From Candidatus Heimdallarchaeota archaeon (GTDB lineage: Archaea; Asgardarchaeota; Heimdallarchaeia; Heimdallarchaeales; Kariarchaeaceae): a DNA stretch of 32,000 nt. A program made the translations under genes and the position numbers. Of the stretch, positions 17,986 through 26,333 are shown one piece after another. Within the stretch, counting starts at the first letter, position 1, and every line of letters starts with the position of its first letter. Location of the stretch: assembly GCA_030149205.1 (NCBI GenBank), contig JASBSB010000008.1, forward strand, positions 90,001 through 122,000, given 5' to 3'. A model generated the notes under the pieces. It had not been told where the DNA came from and searched no databases. It was given only the letters and a program-made list of their open reading frames with translations.

Positions 17986-19236
17986 ATGCTTATAAACAAG
18001 TTGGACAAATACTCTATGATGAAGAGGGTTTCAACAATTCTAATTTTGGTTATCTTATTCCAATTTGGAATAAACCTAGGGGTGAGTTCAATGGGATATC
18101 ATCCAATATCAGAGGTAATTCAACCACAAATCACCAATGCAACATATGTTTCTGTTAAACTTGGTGGGATCTCAACATCAGTAAATGATGGGGTAACGTT
18201 AAATATCACTGTTAAATTTCAGACGGATGATGTTAACAAAACTTTGGTGGATTTATCACTGTCAACAACTGAGGGTCATTTTGCAAACAACTTAACAGAC
18301 ACATCTGTCCAGTTCAAAGCTGCGAATGTAACTTTATGGTTTCTTTGGACTGCCCCTGTAATTTATCAGAAACAGTCACTTAATGCAAATATCTCAACTA
18401 CTGCCACAATGGACACATTAACTGCTTCCGATTACAATATAGTGAAAGTTAACCCGGTTTTTTATGATTTTTCTGTAACTTGGATTCAGCCTACACAGAT
18501 ATTTCAAGATCAAACAGCTGCCCCTATTGAAATACAAGTGAAAAACAAGGTAAATTCTTCTCTTGTCTATAATGCAACAGTCTCTCTTAATTTAGAAATA
18601 GGAGTATTTACTGGGACAAACAGAAGTGATATTGTGGTTTTCACCAATCAATCTGGTGTGGCTAAGGCATACATGAACTTCAAACCAGTATCATTTATCT
18701 ATGATAAAAACACAGTCTCGGTCTCTGCAATAATTACAAAACCTAAGTACAATGACCTTACGTCTAACACCACCCTCACTGTCATCAAAGGAGCAAATAA
18801 ACCATCGGCATCAGTGAAATTTAGTACACATACGGATGGGGGAATATCAATTGTTGAAATCTTAATTTCTGCAAAACTCAATGGTAATCCCTGGTGGAAT
18901 GCCACCTTCAAGGTTATTGCCAATGCAGGACAGTTTGAGAACGGACAACAGACGATATCTGTGAAGACAAATTCATCTGGTTTAATATTAACTACTTGGA
19001 ACTCTTCAAAGATTCCGAAGCATGTTGACGATTTATCGGTATTTTTTGTTGTGAAACTTCAATCACTGGATTATGGAAACTTTTTCAAAGATCAAAACTA
19101 CACCTTATCACTTAAAGGAACACCAACAACAATCTCAATACCATCCTCTAAGAACCCTTCACCGCTGAACATTAGCTCAATCATTATTTCTTTTATAATT
19201 ACAGTTATCATTTTTAGGAGGAAAATATTCAAATGA
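17986..19236 (+). CDS. Secreted, C-terminally anchored Ig-like (Big_1/invasin-like) surface glycoprotein
   Basis: Signal peptide (start may be ATG 18016/18019, MKRVSTILILVILF). T/S/N/V-rich beta sequence with repeated TNxSG..W motifs and many NxS/T sequons. C-terminal PSPLN + hydrophobic helix + RRK. Confidence 0.75.
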   Translation: MLINKLDKYSMMKRVSTILILVILFQFGINLGVSSMGYHPISEVIQPQITNATYVSVKLGGISTSVNDGVTLNITVKFQTDDVNKTLVDLSLSTTEGHFANNLTDTSVQFKAANVTLWFLWTAPVIYQKQSLNANISTTATMDTLTASDYNIVKVNPVFYDFSVTWIQPTQIFQDQTAAPIEIQVKNKVNSSLVYNATVSLNLEIGVFTGTNRSDIVVFTNQSGVAKAYMNFKPVSFIYDKNTVSVSAIITKPKYNDLTSNTTLTVIKGANKPSASVKFSTHTDGGISIVEILISAKLNGNPWWNATFKVIANAGQFENGQQTISVKTNSSGLILTTWNSSKIPKHVDDLSVFFVVKLQSLDYGNFFKDQNYTLSLKGTPTTISIPSSKNPSPLNISSIIISFIITVIIFRRKIFK

Positions 19237-22200
19237 GAGGCAAACAAAGATCTGTCTCTCCAGTCGTAGCAATGGTTTTAATAATTGCATTAGCTGTTGC
19301 AAGTGCTGCCACTGTCTACATTGTTGTTGTAAACTTTATGAATCAAACCAACTACAATATTGCACCTGTTAGTTCTGTATTGGCATATGATTACAATAAT
19401 GACACTAAAATTGATGTGCTGAAGGTTAAACTAGAAAATGTTGGATCCAGTTCACTAGAGATATCATACATAGCAATTCAAGATGCTAACTCACCAAAAC
19501 AATGGTTTAAAGATCCAAACTCGCCATCCAAACTAGATGCAAAATCCTCACTTGATTTTACCTTCTTTACAAACAGCAGTTCATCACAGCTCTCATCAGG
19601 TCAAGATGTTATTATGTTTATTGGAAAATCAGTCAATGATTTTGCAACCATTAAACTAAGCATACCAACTCAGATTAATTTAGGAACTCCTGTAACTGTA
19701 ACTGTTCTTTCCGCTGGGAGTCCTGTAGTTGGGTCTATAATAAGCTTTACCCAGGCAAGTGGCTTACCTGCAAGTGTACCTCCCCAGTCCACAGATGGAA
19801 AAGGACAGGTCAAGGTTTACCTTCTTCCCAATTATTACTATGCAACAACATCAAATGGTGTGAAATCTAAGGTGTTTTTCTCTCTTGATGAACCTTCAAT
19901 CACAATCAACGGAACCGCTCAAAAAATCAGTGTAAAAGTTGTTGACAGCAAGAACCAACCCCTCTCAGGAATTAGTGTTTATGCTGCTGACAAAAATCAG
20001 AACGATATCGGTAAATCTACAATTACAAACAGTTCTGGGCTTGCTGACATGGTATTGGCTGAGGGTAGCTTTTTATTAAGAGCAAGCTATCTTTCTCAGA
20101 ACTACTGGTCGTCTCAAATAAATGTTCCTAGCTCAACCAAATTAGTAACCATAAAAATTACGTCTGGAACCCTGAATGGTAGCATATATTTTGGGAAGGT
20201 ACAGGTTAAGCAACGACTCTATGTCAGACTTTACACTTCTTCAAATGCAACAATGAACCAAGGTCAATGGACCAACAGTAGTGGATATTTCAGCTTTACA
20301 AATGGAGTGGTATCAGGTTTGTACAGGTTAAGACTCCAATATTCTGGGAGATATTTCTGGAGTGGAATCCTCTCTACTAGTACACCAGACCTTCAGGCGA
20401 ACTTTGGTGGAGGAATAATCTCAATCAATATTACCGCAGGCAACTACTCTTTAAGAAGAGGTGTATTAACCAGGCTATTTACAGACACGAACACATACAC
20501 CAGCAGATACAGTTGGACTAACACAACAGGAGGAGTGAATTATGGAGCTTACCCTGGAGGGAACTATAAAGTCAGAATTGATTGGCTCAGAAAATATACT
20601 TTCTCAAAGGTTTTTGAGAATACAGGAACTGCTTTACATCTTGATTTTGCTGGAGGAAAATTGATTGTTCAAGTTAGATTGAATGATACCACCATTCGTG
20701 GAGGAGTACTAACGAGGCTTTTCCTCCCAGATAATAACTATACCTACCTCTACGGTTGGACTAATTCATCTGGATTTGTAAATTATGGAGTTGTACTTGC
20801 AGGAAATTATAAACTACGAGTAGACTGGTTAAGAAAATATGTTTACACCTCTGAATTCTATCATGATGGTCTTGGTACAAAATTTGTTGATGTAAATGGA
20901 TTCAAGCTCTCAGTCAAAGTAAATCTGGATGGTCAATCTATTAGGTCAGGCGTGTTAACCAGACTATTCCTTGGCTCTTCTACAACATACACTTATCTTT
21001 ACGCCTATGTTAATTCCACAGGATATGCCAATTATGGAGGTATATTAAGTGGTATCTACAGGTTACGTATTGATTGGTTAAGGCAGTATGTTTATTCTTC
21101 AGACTTCGTGCATAATACAACAGGTCCAAAAACAGTTAACTTAGCTGGTGGAAGACTCTTAATCCAGGTCAAATTAGATAATTCACCAATTAGGAGTGGA
21201 GTCTTGACTAGGTTATTCCTCAATGGATCAAATACTTACACCTACCTCTACGCATACACTAATGGAACAGGTTGGGTTGATTATGGAGGAGTATTACAGG
21301 GTAATTATAAGCTTAGAATAGATTGGATGAGGCAGTATCAATTTTCCTCTGGTTTCTTCCACAATTCGAGCGCTCCAAAATCAATTAACATGCAAGGAGG
21401 TAGACTGGTAATCCATCTAACATCTGGGAACCAAAACCTCAGATCAGGAATTCTGACTAGGTTATTCCTTAACGGGTCAAATACTTACACGTACCTTTAT
21501 GCCTATACCAATGCCAGTAGCTATGTGGACTTCGGTGGAATACTCCCTGGTGTCTATCAGCTTAGAATAGATTGGTTAAGAATGTATACATTTACCGTAG
21601 GGTTTGATCATCAAAACTCTACAGCCAAATCCGTAAATGTACAAGGTGGAACCCTCTCGACTCAGGTAAAGATAGGAGGAACTCCTGTTCAGAGTGGGGT
21701 GTTAGTCAGACTCTTTACCAATTCATTTTCGTATACATACCTCTATGCTTATACTAATTCTTCAGGTTATGCAAACTTTGGAAATGTGATTGGTGGAAAC
21801 TTCTCAATGAGAGTGGATTGGCAAAGACAATACACCTACTCTGGATTCTTGATCCATAATGATAGTACCCCATTAAGTTTTAGCTTAGATGGAACCGGAA
21901 AGCTTCTGATCAGAGTCCGAGATAACGCAAACTCTCCTTTAGCTGGAAGTCAACTCATCAGGTTATTTTTAACACCTGGAAACAGCTATACCTACATTTA
22001 TAGGTATACCAATGGAACTGGATATGTCCAATTTAACACCATATTGGCAAATACTTACCAACTTAGGTGGGATAATCAGAATCCTGACTGGTATTCAAAC
22101 GTGTTTACTGTAAACAATACCGCTTCAGCAACTGTCGACATTACTGTCACACCCACAGCAACAGCTCAAAACGTTTCAAATCCACTAAATCCTGTGAGAG

Positions 22201-22268
22201 TAACCTCTGTAAGCTACCCAAGTCATATTGACAAGAAAATGGGGATAAGATATCCCCTAATCAGGTGA
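19233..22268 (+). CDS. Giant archaeal type IV pilin-like protein with ~10 tandem beta-sandwich repeats
   Basis: Class III signal peptide MRGKQRS|VSPVVAMVLIIALAV (archaeal pilin consensus R-[GAS]|VSPV), a pilin-like domain to ~aa 150, then repeats. No C-terminal TM anchor. SD AGGAGG; ATGA overlap with the upstream gene. Confidence 0.85.
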   Translation: MRGKQRSVSPVVAMVLIIALAVASAATVYIVVVNFMNQTNYNIAPVSSVLAYDYNNDTKIDVLKVKLENVGSSSLEISYIAIQDANSPKQWFKDPNSPSKLDAKSSLDFTFFTNSSSSQLSSGQDVIMFIGKSVNDFATIKLSIPTQINLGTPVTVTVLSAGSPVVGSIISFTQASGLPASVPPQSTDGKGQVKVYLLPNYYYATTSNGVKSKVFFSLDEPSITINGTAQKISVKVVDSKNQPLSGISVYAADKNQNDIGKSTITNSSGLADMVLAEGSFLLRASYLSQNYWSSQINVPSSTKLVTIKITSGTLNGSIYFGKVQVKQRLYVRLYTSSNATMNQGQWTNSSGYFSFTNGVVSGLYRLRLQYSGRYFWSGILSTSTPDLQANFGGGIISINITAGNYSLRRGVLTRLFTDTNTYTSRYSWTNTTGGVNYGAYPGGNYKVRIDWLRKYTFSKVFENTGTALHLDFAGGKLIVQVRLNDTTIRGGVLTRLFLPDNNYTYLYGWTNSSGFVNYGVVLAGNYKLRVDWLRKYVYTSEFYHDGLGTKFVDVNGFKLSVKVNLDGQSIRSGVLTRLFLGSSTTYTYLYAYVNSTGYANYGGILSGIYRLRIDWLRQYVYSSDFVHNTTGPKTVNLAGGRLLIQVKLDNSPIRSGVLTRLFLNGSNTYTYLYAYTNGTGWVDYGGVLQGNYKLRIDWMRQYQFSSGFFHNSSAPKSINMQGGRLVIHLTSGNQNLRSGILTRLFLNGSNTYTYLYAYTNASSYVDFGGILPGVYQLRIDWLRMYTFTVGFDHQNSTAKSVNVQGGTLSTQVKIGGTPVQSGVLVRLFTNSFSYTYLYAYTNSSGYANFGNVIGGNFSMRVDWQRQYTYSGFLIHNDSTPLSFSLDGTGKLLIRVRDNANSPLAGSQLIRLFLTPGNSYTYIYRYTNGTGYVQFNTILANTYQLRWDNQNPDWYSNVFTVNNTASATVDITVTPTATAQNVSNPLNPVRVTSVSYPSHIDKKMGIRYPLIR
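19686..22150 (+). repeat. Intragenic tandem repeat, ~82-83 aa (~249 bp) x ~10
   Basis: Unit consensus GG(K/R)LxxxVxxxxxxIRSGVLTRLFxxxNxYTYLYxYTNxSGxVxYGxxxxGxYxLRxDWxRxYxFSxxFxH. The 7 copies from ~20406 are well conserved and the first 3 are divergent. DNA copies gactaggttattcct at 21206 and 21455 are 249 bp apart and differ mostly at synonymous sites. The fold type (CarboxypepD_reg/transthyretin-like sandwich) is inferred. Confidence 0.9.
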
Positions 22269-22273
22269 ATATC

Positions 22274-24154
22274 ATGAAGAAACTAACCATTCTAATTATT
22301 ATCCTAGGTTTAAGCCTCATACTTCCAGGAAATGCGGTAGTCTCAGATCTAAACAGCTCAGTAATAATGACACCCACTGGTACATTACTTCCTACAACTA
22401 ACTACACACTCTATGTGTATGTTGCAAACTCCACACATGGAATTTCAGGAGCAAATGTAACCTTTACAGTTTCAAGTGGGAAGCTTATCTCCTCTCCTCA
22501 GGCTGGAGGGCTTGTTTCACTCTCAACGTTAGAGGCTATTTCCAACAGTTCAGGGTATGTGAAAATTGTGTGGGAAAGTCCTCAGACAGATTTTAGCATT
22601 CCTACCATAAATGTACAATTGCTGGCTGATATACAATACCCAGCAGAATCACTGAGTAAATCCTTAAGCAAAACAATATCTGTAGGCTCTCCAACTATTG
22701 ATTCTATAGCACAAATCACACAGAATCTGACTAAACCAGTATTGTCAAACCAATCTGTCGTAATCAAGACCACAGTGAAGAATAATCTGGGACTCCCCAC
22801 ACCAAACACACAGGTCTCACTTACTCTCCCTATTGGGAATTTCACCAGTAACAGTCAGGGATTAACAGATACAAATGGTGAGTTTATTGTCTCATGGAGA
22901 GCACCTATTCTTTCCACTGCAAATCCTTCGCAGATTGCAAACCTAACAATATTGGCTCAAATTAGTCCATCAGTTAATAATTCAAAGATCTTTCTGATAA
23001 ATGTAACTCTAGGAAAAGCAGCGGACATAGTAATTCAAAGCAGTTTACCACAGTTTACGAAAGAAGGTACAGTGCAACCAATCACAATAACAGTCCTAAA
23101 CAATCAGACACTCCAACAAGGTGCTGAGATATCCATCTCTACCACCAGAGGGTATTTCAAAAATCAAACTGGTTCATATGTACTTACCGATGCAACAGGT
23201 ATATCAAACAGCACAGGACAATTAACAGTATATTGGAAAGCACCAATCCTAGATAATAACTTGAATGTGACAAATGATTTCTCGCTTTTGTTAAATTTAG
23301 GTACAATTCAGGTTACAAGTGACTTTAACACAACTATCTACCCAGTGCTCAAAAGCTTCAAAGTTAAATGGTTGAGCTCAACAGCAGGATTCTCCCAAAA
23401 TAAAACCATACCTGTTAGTCTTCAACTTTTGGACAGCGTAAGCTCTCTCCCCGTAGCAAACGCAAATGTTCAGCTCAGCAGTGAGTATGGTGTCTGGAAT
23501 GTTAGTAATTCAGATGTGGTTTCACTCACTTCCGACTCTCAGGGAACAATAACTGGTTATATTGATGTCTCTAATGTCAAATTTGAATTTCAATTCCAAA
23601 ATCTCACTGTTATATACTCTGCTAGTAGCAGCAAATACAGGCCTATACAAGGAAATCAAAGTTTATCTATAGAAAGAAGCAGGCCAAATCTTGGGTTCAA
23701 AATTATCCTTGATTCTAAGAATGCAACAGTAGGGCAATCTATAGGCATTCTGATTAAAGTGGATTTGAAGGGTAATCCTGTACAAGATGTCACTTTGGAG
23801 TTAAGCACCACTACAGGGTACTTTGTAAATAGTACATCGGGTGTACCATCCAATTTTAGAGGTAGAACTGACACGGCTGGGTTATTGAAGGTAGTTTGGA
23901 AAACAGATAACATAAACCAAACTGACTTCAATCTAACAAACTACATCCATATCAAAGCTTATTTCCAAAGTTACACATATGACCTTGGTTCCTATAAAAT
24001 CAATCTCTATGAGAGTACAACAAGTGCAACCACTAATATACTTCCGAATTCATCCCCAACAGCTGGTTCAAACTCGTTAATCATTGGGTCTATCGCAACC
24101 GCACTGTTGGTTGCAGCTGGAGGAACGATTATCGTAATTAAAAAATATAATTAA
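22274..24154 (+). CDS. Secreted, C-terminally anchored multi-Ig (Big_1-like) surface glycoprotein
   Basis: ATG 22274 preceded by SD AGGTGA (ORF track uses GTG 22265). Signal peptide MKKLTILIIILGLSLILP. About 5 repeats: SNSSGYVKIVWESP, TDTNGEFIVSWRAP, SNSTGQLTVYWKAP, TSDSQGTITGYID, TDTAGLLKVVWKT. S/T-rich linker, TM helix, KK tail. Confidence 0.8.
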   Translation: MKKLTILIIILGLSLILPGNAVVSDLNSSVIMTPTGTLLPTTNYTLYVYVANSTHGISGANVTFTVSSGKLISSPQAGGLVSLSTLEAISNSSGYVKIVWESPQTDFSIPTINVQLLADIQYPAESLSKSLSKTISVGSPTIDSIAQITQNLTKPVLSNQSVVIKTTVKNNLGLPTPNTQVSLTLPIGNFTSNSQGLTDTNGEFIVSWRAPILSTANPSQIANLTILAQISPSVNNSKIFLINVTLGKAADIVIQSSLPQFTKEGTVQPITITVLNNQTLQQGAEISISTTRGYFKNQTGSYVLTDATGISNSTGQLTVYWKAPILDNNLNVTNDFSLLLNLGTIQVTSDFNTTIYPVLKSFKVKWLSSTAGFSQNKTIPVSLQLLDSVSSLPVANANVQLSSEYGVWNVSNSDVVSLTSDSQGTITGYIDVSNVKFEFQFQNLTVIYSASSSKYRPIQGNQSLSIERSRPNLGFKIILDSKNATVGQSIGILIKVDLKGNPVQDVTLELSTTTGYFVNSTSGVPSNFRGRTDTAGLLKVVWKTDNINQTDFNLTNYIHIKAYFQSYTYDLGSYKINLYESTTSATTNILPNSSPTAGSNSLIIGSIATALLVAAGGTIIVIKKYN

Positions 24155-24320
24155 AATCATAGATTGAAGGACAATTATATTTTGAATCAGCAAAAACAAT
24201 GTTATTACAATGAATTATGAAGTGATTAACCAAATAATGTAACAATATTATAGATTTAGACATATTAGAATTTAACCATTACACAAATCTTTTCAAAAAA
24301 AAATTATTTTCAACTAAATA

Positions 24321-24824
24321 ATGATTTCAATAGGAGAGACTGTGAAAGATTTCTTAGTCAAATATGTATTAGGCGTTGAGATAGAACCCATAGGAATTGA
24401 TTACCTTAAAAAAAAGTGGACCATTCTATTCTTCTATCCGGAGGATTTCAGCTTTATATGTCCTACCGAAGTAACGGGGTTTAATGACCATCTGGAAGAA
24501 GTAAAAGAATTAGGTGCTCAAATACTCGGTGTATCGGTTGATTCTCTTGAATCTCACAAAGCCTGGATAAAAGAGCTCAAAATCAAGTATCCATTAATTT
24601 CTGATGAGAATAAAGAACTGGGAAAAATTTTTGGAGTATTGGATAAAACTGACAATCGATGTCACCGAGCGACTTTCATCATCAATCCTGATTTAAAAGT
24701 CGAGTTTGTGATGGTTACCTCCAGAAATGTTGGGAGGTCTGTACATGAGACAATTCGGGTTCTTAAGGCAATTCATACCGGAGACAGTTGCCCTGCAGAT
24801 TGGGATCCAGAAGGTGTTAAATAA
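24321..24824 (+). CDS. 2-Cys peroxiredoxin (AhpC/Prx1 type)
   Basis: Peroxidatic motif LFFYPEDFSFICPTE, GVSVDS..SH.AW, RATFIINPD, and the resolving Cys in GDSCPADW. Confidence 0.93.
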   Translation: MISIGETVKDFLVKYVLGVEIEPIGIDYLKKKWTILFFYPEDFSFICPTEVTGFNDHLEEVKELGAQILGVSVDSLESHKAWIKELKIKYPLISDENKELGKIFGVLDKTDNRCHRATFIINPDLKVEFVMVTSRNVGRSVHETIRVLKAIHTGDSCPADWDPEGVK

Positions 24825-25558
24825 TGCCGTCTACAGATCTTGATGCTATAACTAAGAGCAAGGAACGAATTGATTTAAAAGGTAAAACCCGAGACCTTGT
24901 CTTTGGAATGCAAGATGGGTTAATCTCAATCTTGGGACTAGTAGCAGGAGTTTATGGGGCTTACTCTAATCAGCCTCTGATTGTAGTCATAACCGGCTTC
25001 ACCGGGGCAATGGCCGCAGCAATTTCTATGGCTGTAGGGTCACTTCTTTCAACTGAGGCAGAGAGAGATATATTAATCGCAGAGATCGATGAAGCAAGAG
25101 AACTGTTCAAAGAAAAACCGTATCTTGCCCAAGAAAGCCTAATGGGGGAGTTCACAAGTGCAGGTATGGACAAACCAACAGCATACGCTGCGGTAAAGGT
25201 TATGTCAAAAAATAAAGATGTGTTATTTGACAACTTCAGGAACAGCATACTTGACCTTCCAGCAGTAGAAAAAGAAAATCCATATGTTAATGCAGTTGTT
25301 ATGTTCATTGCATTCATCTTTGGGTCTCTCTTCCCAACCCTACCATTTCTCTTTTTCAGTGGGAGGACTGCATACTATGCAGCTATTATAGCAACAGGTA
25401 CTGCATTATTTATTTTAGGGGTTGCCAAAGGCTATTTTGCAAAACAAAATTTCTGGCTCTCTGGCATAAAATTCTTTCTCATCGCCGTAGTGGCAAGTTT
25501 ATTAAGTGAATACGCTGGGACTGTGATCAGAGATCTACTTGCTGCAAGGTTTGCATAG
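24824..25558 (+). CDS. VIT1/CCC1-family Fe2+/Mn2+ transporter
   Basis: RDLVFGMQDGL (conserved Asp), AAAISMAVG (conserved Met), acidic cytoplasmic segment, ~5 TM helices. TAATG overlap with the peroxiredoxin gene. Confidence 0.92.
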   Translation: MPSTDLDAITKSKERIDLKGKTRDLVFGMQDGLISILGLVAGVYGAYSNQPLIVVITGFTGAMAAAISMAVGSLLSTEAERDILIAEIDEARELFKEKPYLAQESLMGEFTSAGMDKPTAYAAVKVMSKNKDVLFDNFRNSILDLPAVEKENPYVNAVVMFIAFIFGSLFPTLPFLFFSGRTAYYAAIIATGTALFILGVAKGYFAKQNFWLSGIKFFLIAVVASLLSEYAGTVIRDLLAARFA

Positions 25559-25656
25559 TTTGTATAACTATCATTTTAAATGATTAATTCATCCATATTT
25601 CAAATGGACTTAAACCTATTTTGGCTCATCATAACATCTCAATGTTGCTTGATATC

Positions 25657-26232
25657 TTAAACTGGGGTGATGTCAGCATAAGCGATGTAATTACACAAGC
25701 GAATGGCATCAATTCTCTCATAAGCCCTGTACTTGTTTACACATTTCGCAAAAACAGCTTGAATTTTTGCTCTTAGCTCTTTTGCTATGTCCTCGTCAAC
25801 AAACATCACCATGTCCTCCGGTAAGTCATCAATCCTATTTTTTTCGATATGTGATTTAGTGACCCGGATTTTGTGGTACTGTAGAGCTAAAGAAAGATAT
25901 TGAACATACAATTTGAAACCGTGGGGATTCTGCTTTGGATTTAAGTGCAACCGCATTATTTCCTCTATTTCAGGGGTAATATTGAACTTCCGTCGCACAA
26001 GGTGCTCAGACACATTTTCTGCGCCAGCTTCATAGATTATTGGGGGATTATGCTCAACAAGCTGATTTATGTAGTAGAAAATTTTGGTTCCCGAAATTAT
26101 CAGTCTTTTCTTTAATTGTGAAGAAGTAATCCCAGGGTTCCTTAAAACAAGTATGAAAATCATCATTTTTATCGGATCCTCAAACTGGCTAAGAACAGAT
26201 TCAATCTCAGGACTTAATTGAAGCTTTTTCAT
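25657..26232 (-). CDS. Winged-HTH transcriptional regulator (ArsR-like fold, extended C-terminus)
   Basis: DPIKMMIFILVLRNPGITSSQLKKRL.ISGTKIFYYINQL, an HTH pattern. ATG 26232 preferred over TTG 26247 because a TATA box lies ~29 nt upstream of it. Confidence 0.75.
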   Translation of the reverse strand: MKKLQLSPEIESVLSQFEDPIKMMIFILVLRNPGITSSQLKKRLIISGTKIFYYINQLVEHNPPIIYEAGAENVSEHLVRRKFNITPEIEEIMRLHLNPKQNPHGFKLYVQYLSLALQYHKIRVTKSHIEKNRIDDLPEDMVMFVDEDIAKELRAKIQAVFAKCVNKYRAYERIDAIRLCNYIAYADITPV

Positions 26233-26257
26233 ATAAAATGTTCTCAATCGACAGATA

Positions 26258-26264
26258 TTTTAAA
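26258..26264. promoter_or_regulatory. TATA box (TTTTAAA), possibly shared by the divergent regulator and merB-like genes
   Basis: Centred ~29 nt from the regulator ATG (minus strand) and ~27 nt upstream of the inverted repeat preceding merB (plus strand). Confidence 0.45.
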
Positions 26265-26287
26265 GTATTGACATAATACATATTGTG

Positions 26288-26309
26288 AGCAGTCAAATAA
26301 TTGACTGCT
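26288..26309. promoter_or_regulatory. Inverted repeat AGCAGTCAA-ATAA-TTGACTGCT, candidate operator
   Basis: Perfect 9-bp arms with a 4-nt spacer, 24 nt upstream of the merB-like ATG and at the predicted transcription start. Confidence 0.65.
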
Positions 26310-26333
26310 TAATTTTTTAAGAGGACAAAAACA

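Noticed and set aside
22110-22150. Similarity of spacer 13 (NAANATVDINY) to pilin gene segment NNTASATVDITV, possible self-targeting
   Set aside because: Only about two-thirds nucleotide identity over ~27 nt with scattered mismatches. ATVDI is a common beta-strand in surface proteins.
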